DNA of 52,637 nucleotides from an archaeon (GCA_043806035.1 JAZDHK010000036.1:1-52637), one strand, 5' to 3'. Positions 37,505 through 47,605 are shown, counted from the stretch's first letter. The notes: generated by a model not told the origin, from the sequence alone. A program made the numbers and translations.

Positions 37505-37717
37505 TTAGCCAAGGACGGGTGGCTGTATGCCATCGCCATCACCGAAGACTGAATCCACATCCAGGGCATCAGTCACATTTGGTTGCTCATGGACGGGTGG
37601 AGCTGGCTTTTCAACAGGAATAGTATCCTGTGGACCAGGCCCATACGGTGGTGTTTCTTGCACGACGCAGGCGCTCGCAATGAACAGCAGCAAAATAAGA
37701 AAAATAAAAGATTTCAT
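37505..37717 (-). CDS. Small putative lipoprotein
   Basis: MKSFIFLILLLFIASAC lipobox-like signal; Pro-rich; ATGA overlap with the upstream gene. Confidence 0.6.
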   Translation of the reverse strand: MKSFIFLILLLFIASACVVQETPPYGPGPQDTIPVEKPAPPVHEQPNVTDALDVDSVFGDGDGIQPPVLG

Positions 37718-40700
37718 GCATTCACCTCACATGCTTGTTGGCTCTTCACCAGTATTCCACTGCCAAGAATATCCTTGGTCACGCTCTCTATCTTCTGCCA
37801 ATTCTGCGCAGGTGCATTCCAGGTGTAGCTGCTGCTGATGCATGGCGAGATGTCCTGGATGTTCTTTCCTATCGCATCATACGTCACGGGCAAAAGCGTC
37901 CATCCCTTTGCTATGGACAGGTCTTGCAGTCCTGACTTGTCGACAAGCTCGACACCGAACGAGCAAACGCCGTCAAAATTGTACACCCAGAAGCTGTGCG
38001 TACTCAAGTACGTAGCGAAGTTGCTTCCGAGCAGTTTTTGGGCATCTGCAATGGTCACGTATTTTTGTTGGTCGTCAAGATAGACGAATGCTACGGGTTT
38101 TTTCTCGCCAAGGCACGCGCCAGGATTGAACTTGACGATCTTGCCCGGGACGCTGACGAGGTTCCATCCTTTCTGCAACGTGATGGTGAATTCCTCACCG
38201 ACGGGCATGGGTGGGGGCAGGATTTGCTCATCCTTGCCGATGTGGACAACACCCTGATCCTTGTCCGATTGCGACGTATCCAACTCATCCGTCACGGTAA
38301 CTATAAAGGGCACGCTGAATGGGCTGCCAAGCGGTTTGCCGTTCTCATCAATCACTGCCGTTTCCTTACTGTAAATGACGATGGGCAGGTCTGCTGTGCT
38401 GCCTCTGCCGACGCTCACGCGTGCTTGGTAGGTTGCGCCAATGCGCTCTTGGTAGGCGCCTTGCGGCGTCACGGTGACCGTGTACCAGTACTCTTCACCC
38501 TGTGACGTGGCTTGCGGCGAGGGGTTCTTCTCGGTGTGCTTGTCCGCAATGATGGCGATGTACTTGACCGAGCCACCGAACGGCATGGTTTGCTCGCTAG
38601 GCTGGAGATCGATGTCGACACCGCCGTTGTTTTCTTGTTGCTGATCAGTTATGGTCAGATAGCCTGGTGTCATTGCTCGTGCGCTACCATCCGTCGATTG
38701 TACGACGACATAGAAGGCGTAGAACGTCTGGGTAGAGTTGGTACCGCTCAAGACAAGCTCGGCCGATCTTTCGGAGAGCACATCCGAGTAGAACGTAGAA
38801 ATGACGCGCACATGCACACCATTGTCCGTCCCTTCGGTGGAGATGGTCTTCTGGACGCCGTCGACAGAGACAACGATGGTGAGCCCTGAGCTTGCGACAT
38901 TGAGCAGCTTGAGAGTCCTGCCATCAACATTAACGGTATCGCCGACGTTGAGATGCACCGTACTGTTCGAACCGACATAGATGAGATCGAGCTCCGCTGC
39001 ACGATACTCAAGAGCATCCGTATAGTATGCTTGAGCGACATGTATCTGCACGCCATTGACGATGCCGTCTTCCACTATGGTTTTCTGGACGCCGTCGACA
39101 GAGACAACGACTGTTTTTCCAGAGCTCGCCACGTTGATAAGCTTCACGCCTATAGAGCCGAACCAGATAGTGCCGCCGACATGCACCATTTCTGTCTTCT
39201 TGCTGCCGATCGGAGGGACTTGTTCTGCAAGGACTGGTCGTATCGCAATGCCAGTTCCACCACTCGCAGTAGTCTGAGCAGACTGGATTGCTGTAGCCGA
39301 GACACTTGCCGTTTTCTGTACAGGAGAAGTAGCAATTGCCGTAGACGTCGTGTCTTCGCGTTCCACGTTGAGCGTTGCCGTGCGTTCCGAGAGCGTGTCA
39401 GCGTAGAACGAGTCCTTCACGTTGATGTTCAGACCGTTCACCACGCCTTCCTGCTTGACCGTCTCCTGGACGCCGTCAACGTTCACGACGATGACGCCGT
39501 TCGAGCCGACATTGAGCAGCCGCACCGTCTTGCCGTCCACGACAGCGCTGTCCTGCGTCTTGAGGAAGACCGTCTGCTCATCAACGGATGATGCAGTATT
39601 GAGTACTGATGCAGTGTTGTCATCAACTTCTGCCAGGGTATTGCCAGTCACGGCAGAGTTGACCGTGTTTGAGACCTGCTGCACCTGCGTGACAGCTGGT
39701 TGAATCTGCGTTTCAATGCCTCCATCATCTATCCTGGTCGGTGTCCACACCTTCAGCGTGAGATCTGTACTTCTGCCAGGCATCAGCAAGATGCTTTTCT
39801 GGCTCAACGAATACGGCAGGCTGAGGCCGGACACAGAGAGGTTATACTGCAGAGGGATGCCACTACCAACGCAAATCTCATTGATTGCTGTCGTACCACA
39901 CGATATTTTTGGCTTAAACCTCTGGTCTATAACCGTCACCCTATACTCTGTAGTCGCGCCGTACTTGACCGTCTGAGAGACGGGAGTGAGGACGATATGG
40001 ACGCCACCCTCCTGTACTGGTTTCTCGCACGCATAGTACGCTTGCGCATCGGTACTGAGATCGTTGGTGGTCGTCTTCACATAGCCTTCCTTGCATATGC
40101 AGCCTGCAGTGGTGGGCTCGTCATCGCAGTACACGGCAGTATCAGAGACGATGATGGTTTCTGTACGCTGGTTGTTGTGTTCATTGCTTTCCATGATCAC
40201 TTGGTCGGGATCCACGACAATCTTGAACGTGTACTTGCCAGCAGGGATGTTTGATGTGTCGAAGCTGGTAGATTCTCCTGCCTTGAGTGGTTTCTCGACA
40301 GTCCAGTATTGGCCCATGCTGTATTCTTTACCATTCTGGTCTGCCGCCACAACGCTGAAAAAGTCAGTGACGGGCGCGTTGCCCGCATTGTTCACGAGAA
40401 CGCTCAGCCACCCCGGATGAGGGCTGCTCACCGAAGTGATGATGAGATCAGGTAGTTCTTGAACAGAAGGAATATTGATAGATGCGTATTCATTCTTGAT
40501 GTCTTCTGCAGAAAGTGCTCTCGTATAGACCTTGACGTGATCTATAGTGCCGTCTGCGAAGTTCTGTCCGGGCCAGTAGTTGTTGCCTATCCTGAAGCTG
40601 TCGCAGCCGCTATCTGTGAGCGTGTTCTGTGCTGATTGTACTAGCTTGCCATCGATATAGAGTGAGACCAGCCCTTGGGACCAGGTCATGGCGACGAAAT

Positions 40701-41199
40701 GCCACTCTCCTGTTTTCCACAAATTCTTCGCGTTGCTGTTTGCTTGCATGTAGAAGCTAGGTTCTGTTTGCGGATATGCCTGCCGTGCATATATTCGTTT
40801 GTAGCCGTTCTGCATGCCGTCATCATAGCCAAGAACTATTTCTGAATCGTCCGTGTGGAAGATGACCTGGTCGTTTCTCGAGAACTGATCGAATTTGATC
40901 CATGCACTCGCCGTTCCTGCAGTGTAGGAGACGCGGTCTGCGCAGGAGTATTGTATATAGCTGTCTGAGCTAGGAAGAGTTATTCCCTGGCCGATGATGC
41001 CTGAGACGAAACTCACTTTCGCGTAGTCCGGCTGCTTTCCCGTCATGGCGTCTGTGCTCGTGCCATCAAGCTTGAGATAGAGCGCAGGGTCAGTGTGGAC
41101 GCTGCTCGTGTCCGTTGCGAAGACAATGGGCTGGACAAGCAACAATGCAATCATAGCGATGCTGAAAGCGATGATGATATGTTTTGTTCTTTTTTTCAT
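37714..41199 (-). CDS. Large secreted surface protein (LamG/ConA-like, CARDB and three S-layer-like repeats)
   Basis: Signal peptide MKKRTK...; GEWHFVAMTW...LYIDG...GTIDHVKVYTRALS (LamG); PDLII...VDPDQVIMESNEHNN (CARDB); LQKGWNLVS C-domain. Confidence 0.85.
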   Translation of the reverse strand: MKKRTKHIIIAFSIAMIALLLVQPIVFATDTSSVHTDPALYLKLDGTSTDAMTGKQPDYAKVSFVSGIIGQGITLPSSDSYIQYSCADRVSYTAGTASAWIKFDQFSRNDQVIFHTDDSEIVLGYDDGMQNGYKRIYARQAYPQTEPSFYMQANSNAKNLWKTGEWHFVAMTWSQGLVSLYIDGKLVQSAQNTLTDSGCDSFRIGNNYWPGQNFADGTIDHVKVYTRALSAEDIKNEYASINIPSVQELPDLIITSVSSPHPGWLSVLVNNAGNAPVTDFFSVVAADQNGKEYSMGQYWTVEKPLKAGESTSFDTSNIPAGKYTFKIVVDPDQVIMESNEHNNQRTETIIVSDTAVYCDDEPTTAGCICKEGYVKTTTNDLSTDAQAYYACEKPVQEGGVHIVLTPVSQTVKYGATTEYRVTVIDQRFKPKISCGTTAINEICVGSGIPLQYNLSVSGLSLPYSLSQKSILLMPGRSTDLTLKVWTPTRIDDGGIETQIQPAVTQVQQVSNTVNSAVTGNTLAEVDDNTASVLNTASSVDEQTVFLKTQDSAVVDGKTVRLLNVGSNGVIVVNVDGVQETVKQEGVVNGLNINVKDSFYADTLSERTATLNVEREDTTSTAIATSPVQKTASVSATAIQSAQTTASGGTGIAIRPVLAEQVPPIGSKKTEMVHVGGTIWFGSIGVKLINVASSGKTVVVSVDGVQKTIVEDGIVNGVQIHVAQAYYTDALEYRAAELDLIYVGSNSTVHLNVGDTVNVDGRTLKLLNVASSGLTIVVSVDGVQKTISTEGTDNGVHVRVISTFYSDVLSERSAELVLSGTNSTQTFYAFYVVVQSTDGSARAMTPGYLTITDQQQENNGGVDIDLQPSEQTMPFGGSVKYIAIIADKHTEKNPSPQATSQGEEYWYTVTVTPQGAYQERIGATYQARVSVGRGSTADLPIVIYSKETAVIDENGKPLGSPFSVPFIVTVTDELDTSQSDKDQGVVHIGKDEQILPPPMPVGEEFTITLQKGWNLVSVPGKIVKFNPGACLGEKKPVAFVYLDDQQKYVTIADAQKLLGSNFATYLSTHSFWVYNFDGVCSFGVELVDKSGLQDLSIAKGWTLLPVTYDAIGKNIQDISPCISSSYTWNAPAQNWQKIESVTKDILGSGILVKSQQACEVNA
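38745..39570 (-). repeat. Three ~65 aa intragenic repeats
   Basis: LLNV(G/A)S.G..VV.VDGVQ.T...G..NG.......Y.D.L..R.A.L three times; 28-bp identical DNA at 38849-38876 and 39083-39110. Confidence 0.8.
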
Positions 41200-41339
41200 G
41201 AGTGTTTCCTCCTCTGCGCTGCACGCATTGCTTCTCTTGAAAGACGGTCTTTTATAAAAACCCTCGCCAGACTTTGAATGGGATTGAAGTGAAAAATTGG
41301 GCCAAACAAGAAAAGAGAGTTGATTTGAGTTTTTTTCTT

Positions 41340-42362
41340 TCATTCCTCGACCCATTCTTCCATTTTTACTTTTTTGAGCTTTCCTATGCGGTCTATGGTG
41401 ATGAGTTTCTTGTGTTGGAGGTTGAGAAGGATGCGTGCCAGTGATGTTTTGGGTATGCTGAGCGCGTTCTTTATTTTTGCCTGCGTCGTGTATGTATCCG
41501 TATTGTTGAGGATGAACTGCATGACCTCTCGCTCTTTTGCAGGGAGTGTTTTGAGGATGTTCTGCACATTCTTGCTGATGTGAGAAGTAGGTGCAAGTAC
41601 CTCTTTCTTCTGGATAGTGTTCTCTCCTTTCACACCCTCCTCTTTTTTTCTTTTCCTCTTACTATACAGGAACAACGATCCAGCAAGGATGAGGATGACG
41701 ATAATGATGATGAGCGGGCTGACACTTTTCCCGACAATGCTCGTATCAAGCTCGACTGTTATGTCTTGCATCGTACCCTGCACTATCTGCACGGTCGTGC
41801 TGCCTGTCTTTTCTGCCGTTGACACAACAATCTTGCAGTTGCCTGTCGGCAAGTACTCTGCGAGGAAATGCCCCGACTCGTCAGCGTATTTGTCAGCAAT
41901 ATCACCATACGCGCTGTCACAATAGCATTGTATGCGCGCATCTCGCACTGCCTTGCCATCCATGACAACACTTCCTCTGATGCTGCCTGCAGGCAGCAGC
42001 ATGATGGTATCATCGACGATACTCTGCCCATAATAGTCCCTGCCTGGTGTCTCGAAAATGTCCCCTCTGACAATGATGCCATACTGCACAGGCAATTGCA
42101 GCGCAATCGTGGCACGTGGGACGAACCGCAATGTTTTAGTCTGCGTACCTTCCGTCTTGTCCTGAATGATGATCTCGAGATGGATGTTGCTCACGTTCTG
42201 GTGCGTGAACTGGTCGATGAGGATGAACTGCTGTTCCTGATCTGGCGATGGCGGAGGGGCTATGCTGTCTGCACTGCTGACGGAAGATATGTCCAGCACG
42301 TCTTCAGCAAGAACACTAGAGAGCAAAAATACAGTAACGAGAAGCATGCACAACAATTTCAT
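41340..42362 (-). CDS. Membrane-tethered wHTH protein (extracellular carboxypeptidase-regulatory-like domain, TM, C-terminal HTH; COG2512/DUF7343-like)
   Basis: Signal peptide MKLLCMLL; GSIRGSV...ADESGHF...LPTG; TM plus KRKRKK; LPAKEREVM...TQAKI....IPKTSLARILLNL..KKLI. Confidence 0.8.
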   Translation of the reverse strand: MKLLCMLLVTVFLLSSVLAEDVLDISSVSSADSIAPPPSPDQEQQFILIDQFTHQNVSNIHLEIIIQDKTEGTQTKTLRFVPRATIALQLPVQYGIIVRGDIFETPGRDYYGQSIVDDTIMLLPAGSIRGSVVMDGKAVRDARIQCYCDSAYGDIADKYADESGHFLAEYLPTGNCKIVVSTAEKTGSTTVQIVQGTMQDITVELDTSIVGKSVSPLIIIIVILILAGSLFLYSKRKRKKEEGVKGENTIQKKEVLAPTSHISKNVQNILKTLPAKEREVMQFILNNTDTYTTQAKIKNALSIPKTSLARILLNLQHKKLITIDRIGKLKKVKMEEWVEE

Positions 42363-42423
42363 ACATTGACTTCGCAAAGGTGTTTTAAAAAGTTTTTGAG
42401 AAGAAAGAAAAAAAAGAAAAATC

Positions 42424-42630
42424 TTAGAATTTCTTATGCTTTTGAAAGCAGTCCCTACAATACACTGGTCGTGGATTGCCATTAGGATCTGTGCCTGGCT
42501 TGAAAGGTACTTCGCATTCCTGTCCGCAATCGGAGCAGGTTGCTTTGTGCATTTCTCTTGGGCCGCCGAATGATCGGCCGCCACCGCCTCTATTACCACC
42601 AAAACTTCTTCGCTCTCCAAATCTGTCCAT
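42424..42630 (-). CDS. CxxC-x17-CxxC domain protein with RG-rich N-terminus
   Basis: REMHKATCSDCGQECEVPFKP...RPVYCRDCF; GGTGA RBS. Confidence 0.92.
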   Translation of the reverse strand: MDRFGERRSFGGNRGGGGRSFGGPREMHKATCSDCGQECEVPFKPGTDPNGNPRPVYCRDCFQKHKKF

Positions 42631-42765
42631 TCTTGTTCACCTAGTTCTTCTTCGCATCCAATTAGGCTTGCGTGCATAAACTGGAGAAACAGTTTACACT
42701 TGAGCAGAGAGAAGACAAGATGTATTTATAAATGTGATTGTTTAATGATCGGCACAAGTAGCTGT

Positions 42766-43822
42766 TTATATACCGTTAAGCTCCTGCAGAGCATCAACAT
42801 TCTGCCAAGGGACCTGCCCATAACCCTTCCTTTCGAGTCGTTGGGCGATGGCCCGTTTCGCGTTGCTCAAGGCAAAAGCAGTCAGCTGTTCGAATCGGGA
42901 TCGCGTCATTATTTTCCACGAATCAGGAATGTCGACAATCCTGCACGCGCGCTCGTATGCCTCAAGGAACTGCAGAGGGGTCATGCGTTCGAGAACAGGT
43001 ATGGCTTGCCTGAAAAGTGGAATGAGATTCTCCACTAAGATTTTTCTCTTTGAAGTCTGCAAGGCCTTCCTCCCGCAGATTGTGCATGGTTAGGTAGAGA
43101 TAGTTGAGGACGTAGCAGGAAGAGCGCTTGAAGACATTCTTTAGTCTCTGCCTTTGCCGCTCATTCCTCGTGAGCTTGCCGAGCACAAAATCAGTGTGAT
43201 GGCTGAGCTCGTGCATGAAATAACGAGAGATCATAGTGAAATCCACTCGGTGCAAGTATGTCATAGGCGCAGCTATGGTCTGTAAGAACCAGAAGCCAGT
43301 AACTTCGAAACAGGCATTGTTTGGGTCTGACGCTTCGATGTCTTTGAGGAAAATATCCTTGTCGGATCCTCCATTGTACCAGTAGTAGACGTACACTTCC
43401 CGTTCCGGAATCCTGAAAAGCTTGATGTGCATGGTGAATTTCTTTACGGGGATGAGTTCTGGCTGCGTTCTGAGCAGGTAGAAGATGGACTGTGAGAAGA
43501 GTTTCGTTATGAGTAATCGGAACTGCTGATAGGAGATTGCCCTGAATCCGTCTATTTTCTCGAGATCGGCCATAGTCTTGATTGCCGATACGTCCTTCAA
43601 TTTTGCGATGTTTTTGAATTCTTGGACATTCCAGAATCGTAAGTCGGTCTCCGCATGCTCTCCTGTGAGGTTGTGTTTCGTCTGGTACTTGACAAATTCG
43701 ACGAAATCAGCATCATACTTCTCTTCAGAGTATTCATCGAAGATGAAACGTATGCTGACATCGTAATCAATGTTCTCTTTGGCATCGTGGATTAACGTTC
43801 TCTCCCAGAGTTCATCGCTCAT
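42766..43822 (-). pseudogene. Frameshifted or internally deleted gluzincin-type metallopeptidase
   Basis: FMHELSH and EEGLADF motifs in 42962..43822; protein-like sequence continues in another frame (42766..43062) from ~43040. Confidence 0.5.
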
Positions 43823-43929
43823 ACTCTACAGGGGAAACGACCATTTATATGGTTTCCCCCGAAAACTTTAAAAAGCACGTATCGTAAGGTAGGGGAGAAT
43901 TGTCTAAACAGCAGAAAAGGGGTGTGTTC

Positions 43930-44244
43930 ATGGCGAAGCAAGAAGTAAATGTTATTGCTGTCCTGCAGGTCATCATCAATGTCATTGCAGCAGCAGGGTA
44001 TTTGATTTCCATCATCATGTTTGGGGGGGCGTTTTCGACGGCTATACTCAGCCTTGTTGTCCTGCCCTTGGTCATCATCGACCTGGTGCTGTGCTTCTTC
44101 AACGACAAGAAGACGTTCGAGTATGACATCATCAACATCATGATGGCCGCTTTGAGCTTAATTCCCTATGTGGGCATCATCACCAGCATCGCAGGCATCA
44201 TCTTGAGCCTGATTGCGACGGTGAAGGCAGTTACCAAGACATGA
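43930..44244 (+). CDS. Small 4-TM membrane protein
   Basis: Hydrophobic throughout; LSLIPYVG motif; GGGGTG RBS. Confidence 0.7.
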   Translation: MAKQEVNVIAVLQVIINVIAAAGYLISIIMFGGAFSTAILSLVVLPLVIIDLVLCFFNDKKTFEYDIINIMMAALSLIPYVGIITSIAGIILSLIATVKAVTKT

Positions 44245-45676
44245 TTGTTTTCAGCTTCGTCTCAAAACTGTTATAATTTTCATCTTTTGTTTTTATGTTT
44301 TCCAGAAGCTCTTCAGTGAGTTCGACCAGTGATTGTGCTGTTTTTTTGAGATGCACCCGCTCTGAGAGTTTGTCCGGCGGTGGTAGGGAGAGGTTGATGC
44401 TCATCAGGATGAGGTGGACAAGGAACTGTGCCTTTTCCACACGCTCCTGCACGAGCTCTTTTTTCGGCTCCTTCATGTGGTCTGTTATGGCCTGATGGAT
44501 GAGTTCTGCTGACTCTTTTAGCGTCAGTTTCCATCGGTGTTCCTGCTTGACATAGCTGTCATAGGAGAGTTCCGGCTCCCGCTTGAGGATATCTTGCGAC
44601 GTGTGCACGAGATGGACGTAATTGTCGAGCATTATGCATGCTGCTATCAGGAAGATCAGTCCTACTGCCATGAGGAGGGTGACGATGTTCGGGCTGATGC
44701 CGACCATCAATAAGTCAGTGTAGCTGCCGATGATGGCGAGTGCCGCCCAAAGGTAGCTCGTCGCTTTGGTAATGGAGAATGGCAGCGCGTACAGCAGTAG
44801 GGCAATAAACAGCACGGCAAGACCTCCGGAGAGGCCGATGAGCAAGAAGTGCTGTGTACAATTCACTTCAGTATACGGATAGTGGGCAGCTGCGTCGAAC
44901 AGGACGCTTTTGACGCCAACACAGCCCACTGCTGTCGCGGATATGCCGTGGCCGAGTTCGTGGACGAGAGAGGAGAGCAGGTAGCTGAGGACGAAGACGC
45001 AGAAGAATACGAACAAATACTTGAGGAAGAGCGGCCAGTTTCGCCTTCGTCGGGGAATGTGTTGCTCGCGAAGCACGATGAGATCCATTCTGATGAATGC
45101 ATAGAAGAAGAAGAGCAGCAATGAGCTGATGTACCAGTGCATGCTGAGCGGATTGCTATTGCCGAAGACAAAGTACATGAACAGCACACCGGTAGCACCG
45201 CTGAGGATGCCGAAGATGCTGGAGAAGCGTGTTGCTTGATAGCTGAACACTGCAGGGTAGAGGAAGACGAAGGTCATGACGAGATAGCTTGTCCCTGTAA
45301 GGAAGAGCAGGAATGATTCTGGAAGGAAGATGGCGTAGCCGAGCGGTGCTACGTAGACGAGGAGCAGCCACCAAATGCTTTTGCTGCCGATCATCCGCGA
45401 GAAGAAGAGCATGGTGCTGATGCCCAGGATGATGTTTGCTGCTGCGCTGATGATAAGAAAGTCCTGCTGGGAGGACGGCAGCCAGGAGAACGCCCAGCTG
45501 ATGAAGATAACGGCTTCAAGAAAGAATGTTGCTGCATGAACGAGGAGTATCCTCGTCAGGCGTTCCGTGTTCTTGTCCAGGAAAGTGACGTAGCTGAGCC
45601 AGGTGGTGATGAGGCCGAGCACGAACACGAGCATGCCGTTGATGAAAAAAAGCAGTTCCATGCATGGCTCATGCAT
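44231..45676 (-). CDS. 7TM domain fused to M50-like intramembrane metalloprotease
   Basis: About 7 N-terminal TMs, then LVHELGH within a TM, IGLSGG, YTDL; helical C-terminal tail. Confidence 0.7.
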   Translation of the reverse strand: MHEPCMELLFFINGMLVFVLGLITTWLSYVTFLDKNTERLTRILLVHAATFFLEAVIFISWAFSWLPSSQQDFLIISAAANIILGISTMLFFSRMIGSKSIWWLLLVYVAPLGYAIFLPESFLLFLTGTSYLVMTFVFLYPAVFSYQATRFSSIFGILSGATGVLFMYFVFGNSNPLSMHWYISSLLLFFFYAFIRMDLIVLREQHIPRRRRNWPLFLKYLFVFFCVFVLSYLLSSLVHELGHGISATAVGCVGVKSVLFDAAAHYPYTEVNCTQHFLLIGLSGGLAVLFIALLLYALPFSITKATSYLWAALAIIGSYTDLLMVGISPNIVTLLMAVGLIFLIAACIMLDNYVHLVHTSQDILKREPELSYDSYVKQEHRWKLTLKESAELIHQAITDHMKEPKKELVQERVEKAQFLVHLILMSINLSLPPPDKLSERVHLKKTAQSLVELTEELLENIKTKDENYNSFETKLKTIMSW

Positions 45677-45722
45677 CTTTTCATTTAAATAATATTACAT
45701 CAGACAGAGAGATATGGCAGAT

Positions 45723-46079
45723 TTAGGTATATTTTTCATTCCTGTCATCAAGGAGAATGTCAATAGACAACACAGTTTCCAATTTGACGAGCTGGACTGC
45801 AGATGAAATGTAATCACCTCGCGGATTATGACCAGCATGGTCACGTTTTGCTATTTCATTTCTATAAACGATGCCTGCCTTATTAAAGTGATGAGCATCT
45901 GCGAGCAGAATCATGGGCACATTCTCGAACATGGTCGTTCCCTGAAAGGTTCCCTCATAAAGTATGGTCCCTCCTGAGTTAGGGCTGCTTTCGATGATGA
46001 CTTCCTTGCCGATAAGACAGGCAGGGTATTCTTTCAAGAATTGTTTTGCATCAATTTCACCAGTCACATTTTCACCCAC
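45723..46079 (-). CDS. Hypothetical protein, possible divergent Sm-like fold
   Basis: LIGKEVII...YEGTFQG...ILLADA and LVKLETVLSI resemble Sm1/Sm2 strands. Confidence 0.45.
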   Translation of the reverse strand: MGENVTGEIDAKQFLKEYPACLIGKEVIIESSPNSGGTILYEGTFQGTTMFENVPMILLADAHHFNKAGIVYRNEIAKRDHAGHNPRGDYISSAVQLVKLETVLSIDILLDDRNEKYT

Positions 46080-46278
46080 CGAGAGAAATGCAGGTCAGCA
46101 TATAAACATTTCTATTTTATACACTAAAAAGTGGTGAAAAGAATAACTCCTGACAGAAAAACTCATACGAAATATCGAAAACAGCAACGCTGCCCAGCAC
46201 AGAGAGAACGATTTGAAACAATTCCACAACAAGAATGTAATCATAATCTTTTTAAAGAGACTGCATTTCCTCAAAACC

Positions 46279-46581
46279 ATGGTCAAACGCATCGGCGGCT
46301 TCAGGAAGAAGTCAAGAGGGATAATGCGCAAGCCGAGAGGAACGCGAGGCAAGATCAGCCTGCGGAAGTACTTGCAGGAGTTCAGCGCAGGAGAGACCGT
46401 ATATCTAAAATTCGAGCCTGCCGTACAGCAGGGCATGTTCCATCCCCGATTCAGCGGCAGGGCAGGAGTGATAACGAAAAAGCTCGGCACCTGCTATGAG
46501 GTCGCCGTCAATCACATGGGCAAAGAGAAGAAGCTCATCGTGCATCCCATTCATTTGATCAGAAAAGAGGAGAAGAAGTAG
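46279..46581 (+). CDS. rpl21e: 50S ribosomal protein L21e
   Basis: GMFHPRFSGRAG and KKLIVHPIHL motifs; start at ATG 46279. Confidence 0.97.
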   Translation: MVKRIGGFRKKSRGIMRKPRGTRGKISLRKYLQEFSAGETVYLKFEPAVQQGMFHPRFSGRAGVITKKLGTCYEVAVNHMGKEKKLIVHPIHLIRKEEKK

Positions 46582-46588
46582 GTGCGGC

Positions 46589-46936
46589 ATGAACGTCCTG
46601 GAAGAAAAACCATTGGGCATGTCCCAGGTTAAGGAATTGCTCAAGGATATCAAGAAGCGTGATGAGGAACTCACGTTCAGGGGCATGAAGACGGAGGAAT
46701 ACTTGCAGCTTTTCCCCGTGCTCAAAGAAAAGGACGCTGAAGAACTCTTTGCCAAGCTGAAGAAGTTGAACATCCCAAGACTCAAGGATGAGTACATCCT
46801 CAAGATTATCGATATTCTTCCGCGGGATGCGAATGACGTCAAGAATATCCTCACCAGCTATAATCTGAATATCAGTTCTGAACACATAACGAAGATTGTC
46901 GATCTCGTGGCAGATTTCCTGCCAAAGAAAAAATAG
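46589..46936 (+). CDS. rpoF: RNA polymerase subunit F (Rpo4)
   Basis: KIIDILP HRDC-like motif; canonical position after rpl21e. Confidence 0.92.
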   Translation: MNVLEEKPLGMSQVKELLKDIKKRDEELTFRGMKTEEYLQLFPVLKEKDAEELFAKLKKLNIPRLKDEYILKIIDILPRDANDVKNILTSYNLNISSEHITKIVDLVADFLPKKK

Positions 46937-47032
46937 GCAGGTGATGATTATGCGCCTGCAAACGTGTGCTCTTAGTGTACCCGAGGGAAATCTTGTCTTT
47001 CGCAAAATTTATATAGGTAGGGTGACAGGAAT

Positions 47033-47605
47033 ATGAGCGGGGAGCATATGATCGAGCAAAAATTCAAGGAAGATGTAGTTATCGTTTTAGATTTCCTTCC
47101 CAATGGCTATGCCGACGACCCTACACCCATGCACAGGAAGACGGCGATAGCGCAAGCTATCGGCACAAACAAGTTCACTCTGCTCGAGCTTGTCCCGAAA
47201 AAAGAGGTCTTCTTGCAGCCGAACCAGGAAGTGTACATTGGCGAAGGAAAGCGCGATCAGATTCATCACATCAACGGCAGGCTGGCCTATGCACGGCTGA
47301 CGAACACGGCAGAGGCAGAGCTCGAGCCCATCATTACTGCCATTGTGAAGAAAAATCCTCAGCCGTATATCGACTTTTTCAACAAAAGCCAGCCGTTGAG
47401 CACGAGGATGCACGTCCTTGAGCTGCTGCCGGGCCTGGGCAAGAAGCACATGTGGGAGATTGTCGAGCAGCGCGACCAGGAACTGTTCAAGAGTTTCGAT
47501 GACATCCGTAAGCGCGTCAAATTAATGCCTGACCCGGAGAAAATCATTGTCAAAAGAATCCTGCACGAGCTGCAAGGGAATGAGAAATATCACTTGTTCA
47601 CGTAA
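47033..47605 (+). CDS. DUF655 putative RNA-binding protein
   Basis: VLDFLPNG, AQAIG..FTLLEL and RMHVLELLPGLGKK motifs; canonical synteny. Confidence 0.93.
   Translation: MSGEHMIEQKFKEDVVIVLDFLPNGYADDPTPMHRKTAIAQAIGTNKFTLLELVPKKEVFLQPNQEVYIGEGKRDQIHHINGRLAYARLTNTAEAELEPIITAIVKKNPQPYIDFFNKSQPLSTRMHVLELLPGLGKKHMWEIVEQRDQELFKSFDDIRKRVKLMPDPEKIIVKRILHELQGNEKYHLFT

Noticed and set aside
42363-42677. N-terminal extension of ORF 41340..42677
   Set aside because: It overlaps the clear CxxC-x17-CxxC gene in another frame; the signal peptide starts at 42362
46937-46990. C/D box sRNA (GTGATGA ... CCGA)
   Set aside because: No good CUGA D or D' boxes and the guide lengths do not fit; GGTGA is better explained as an RBS
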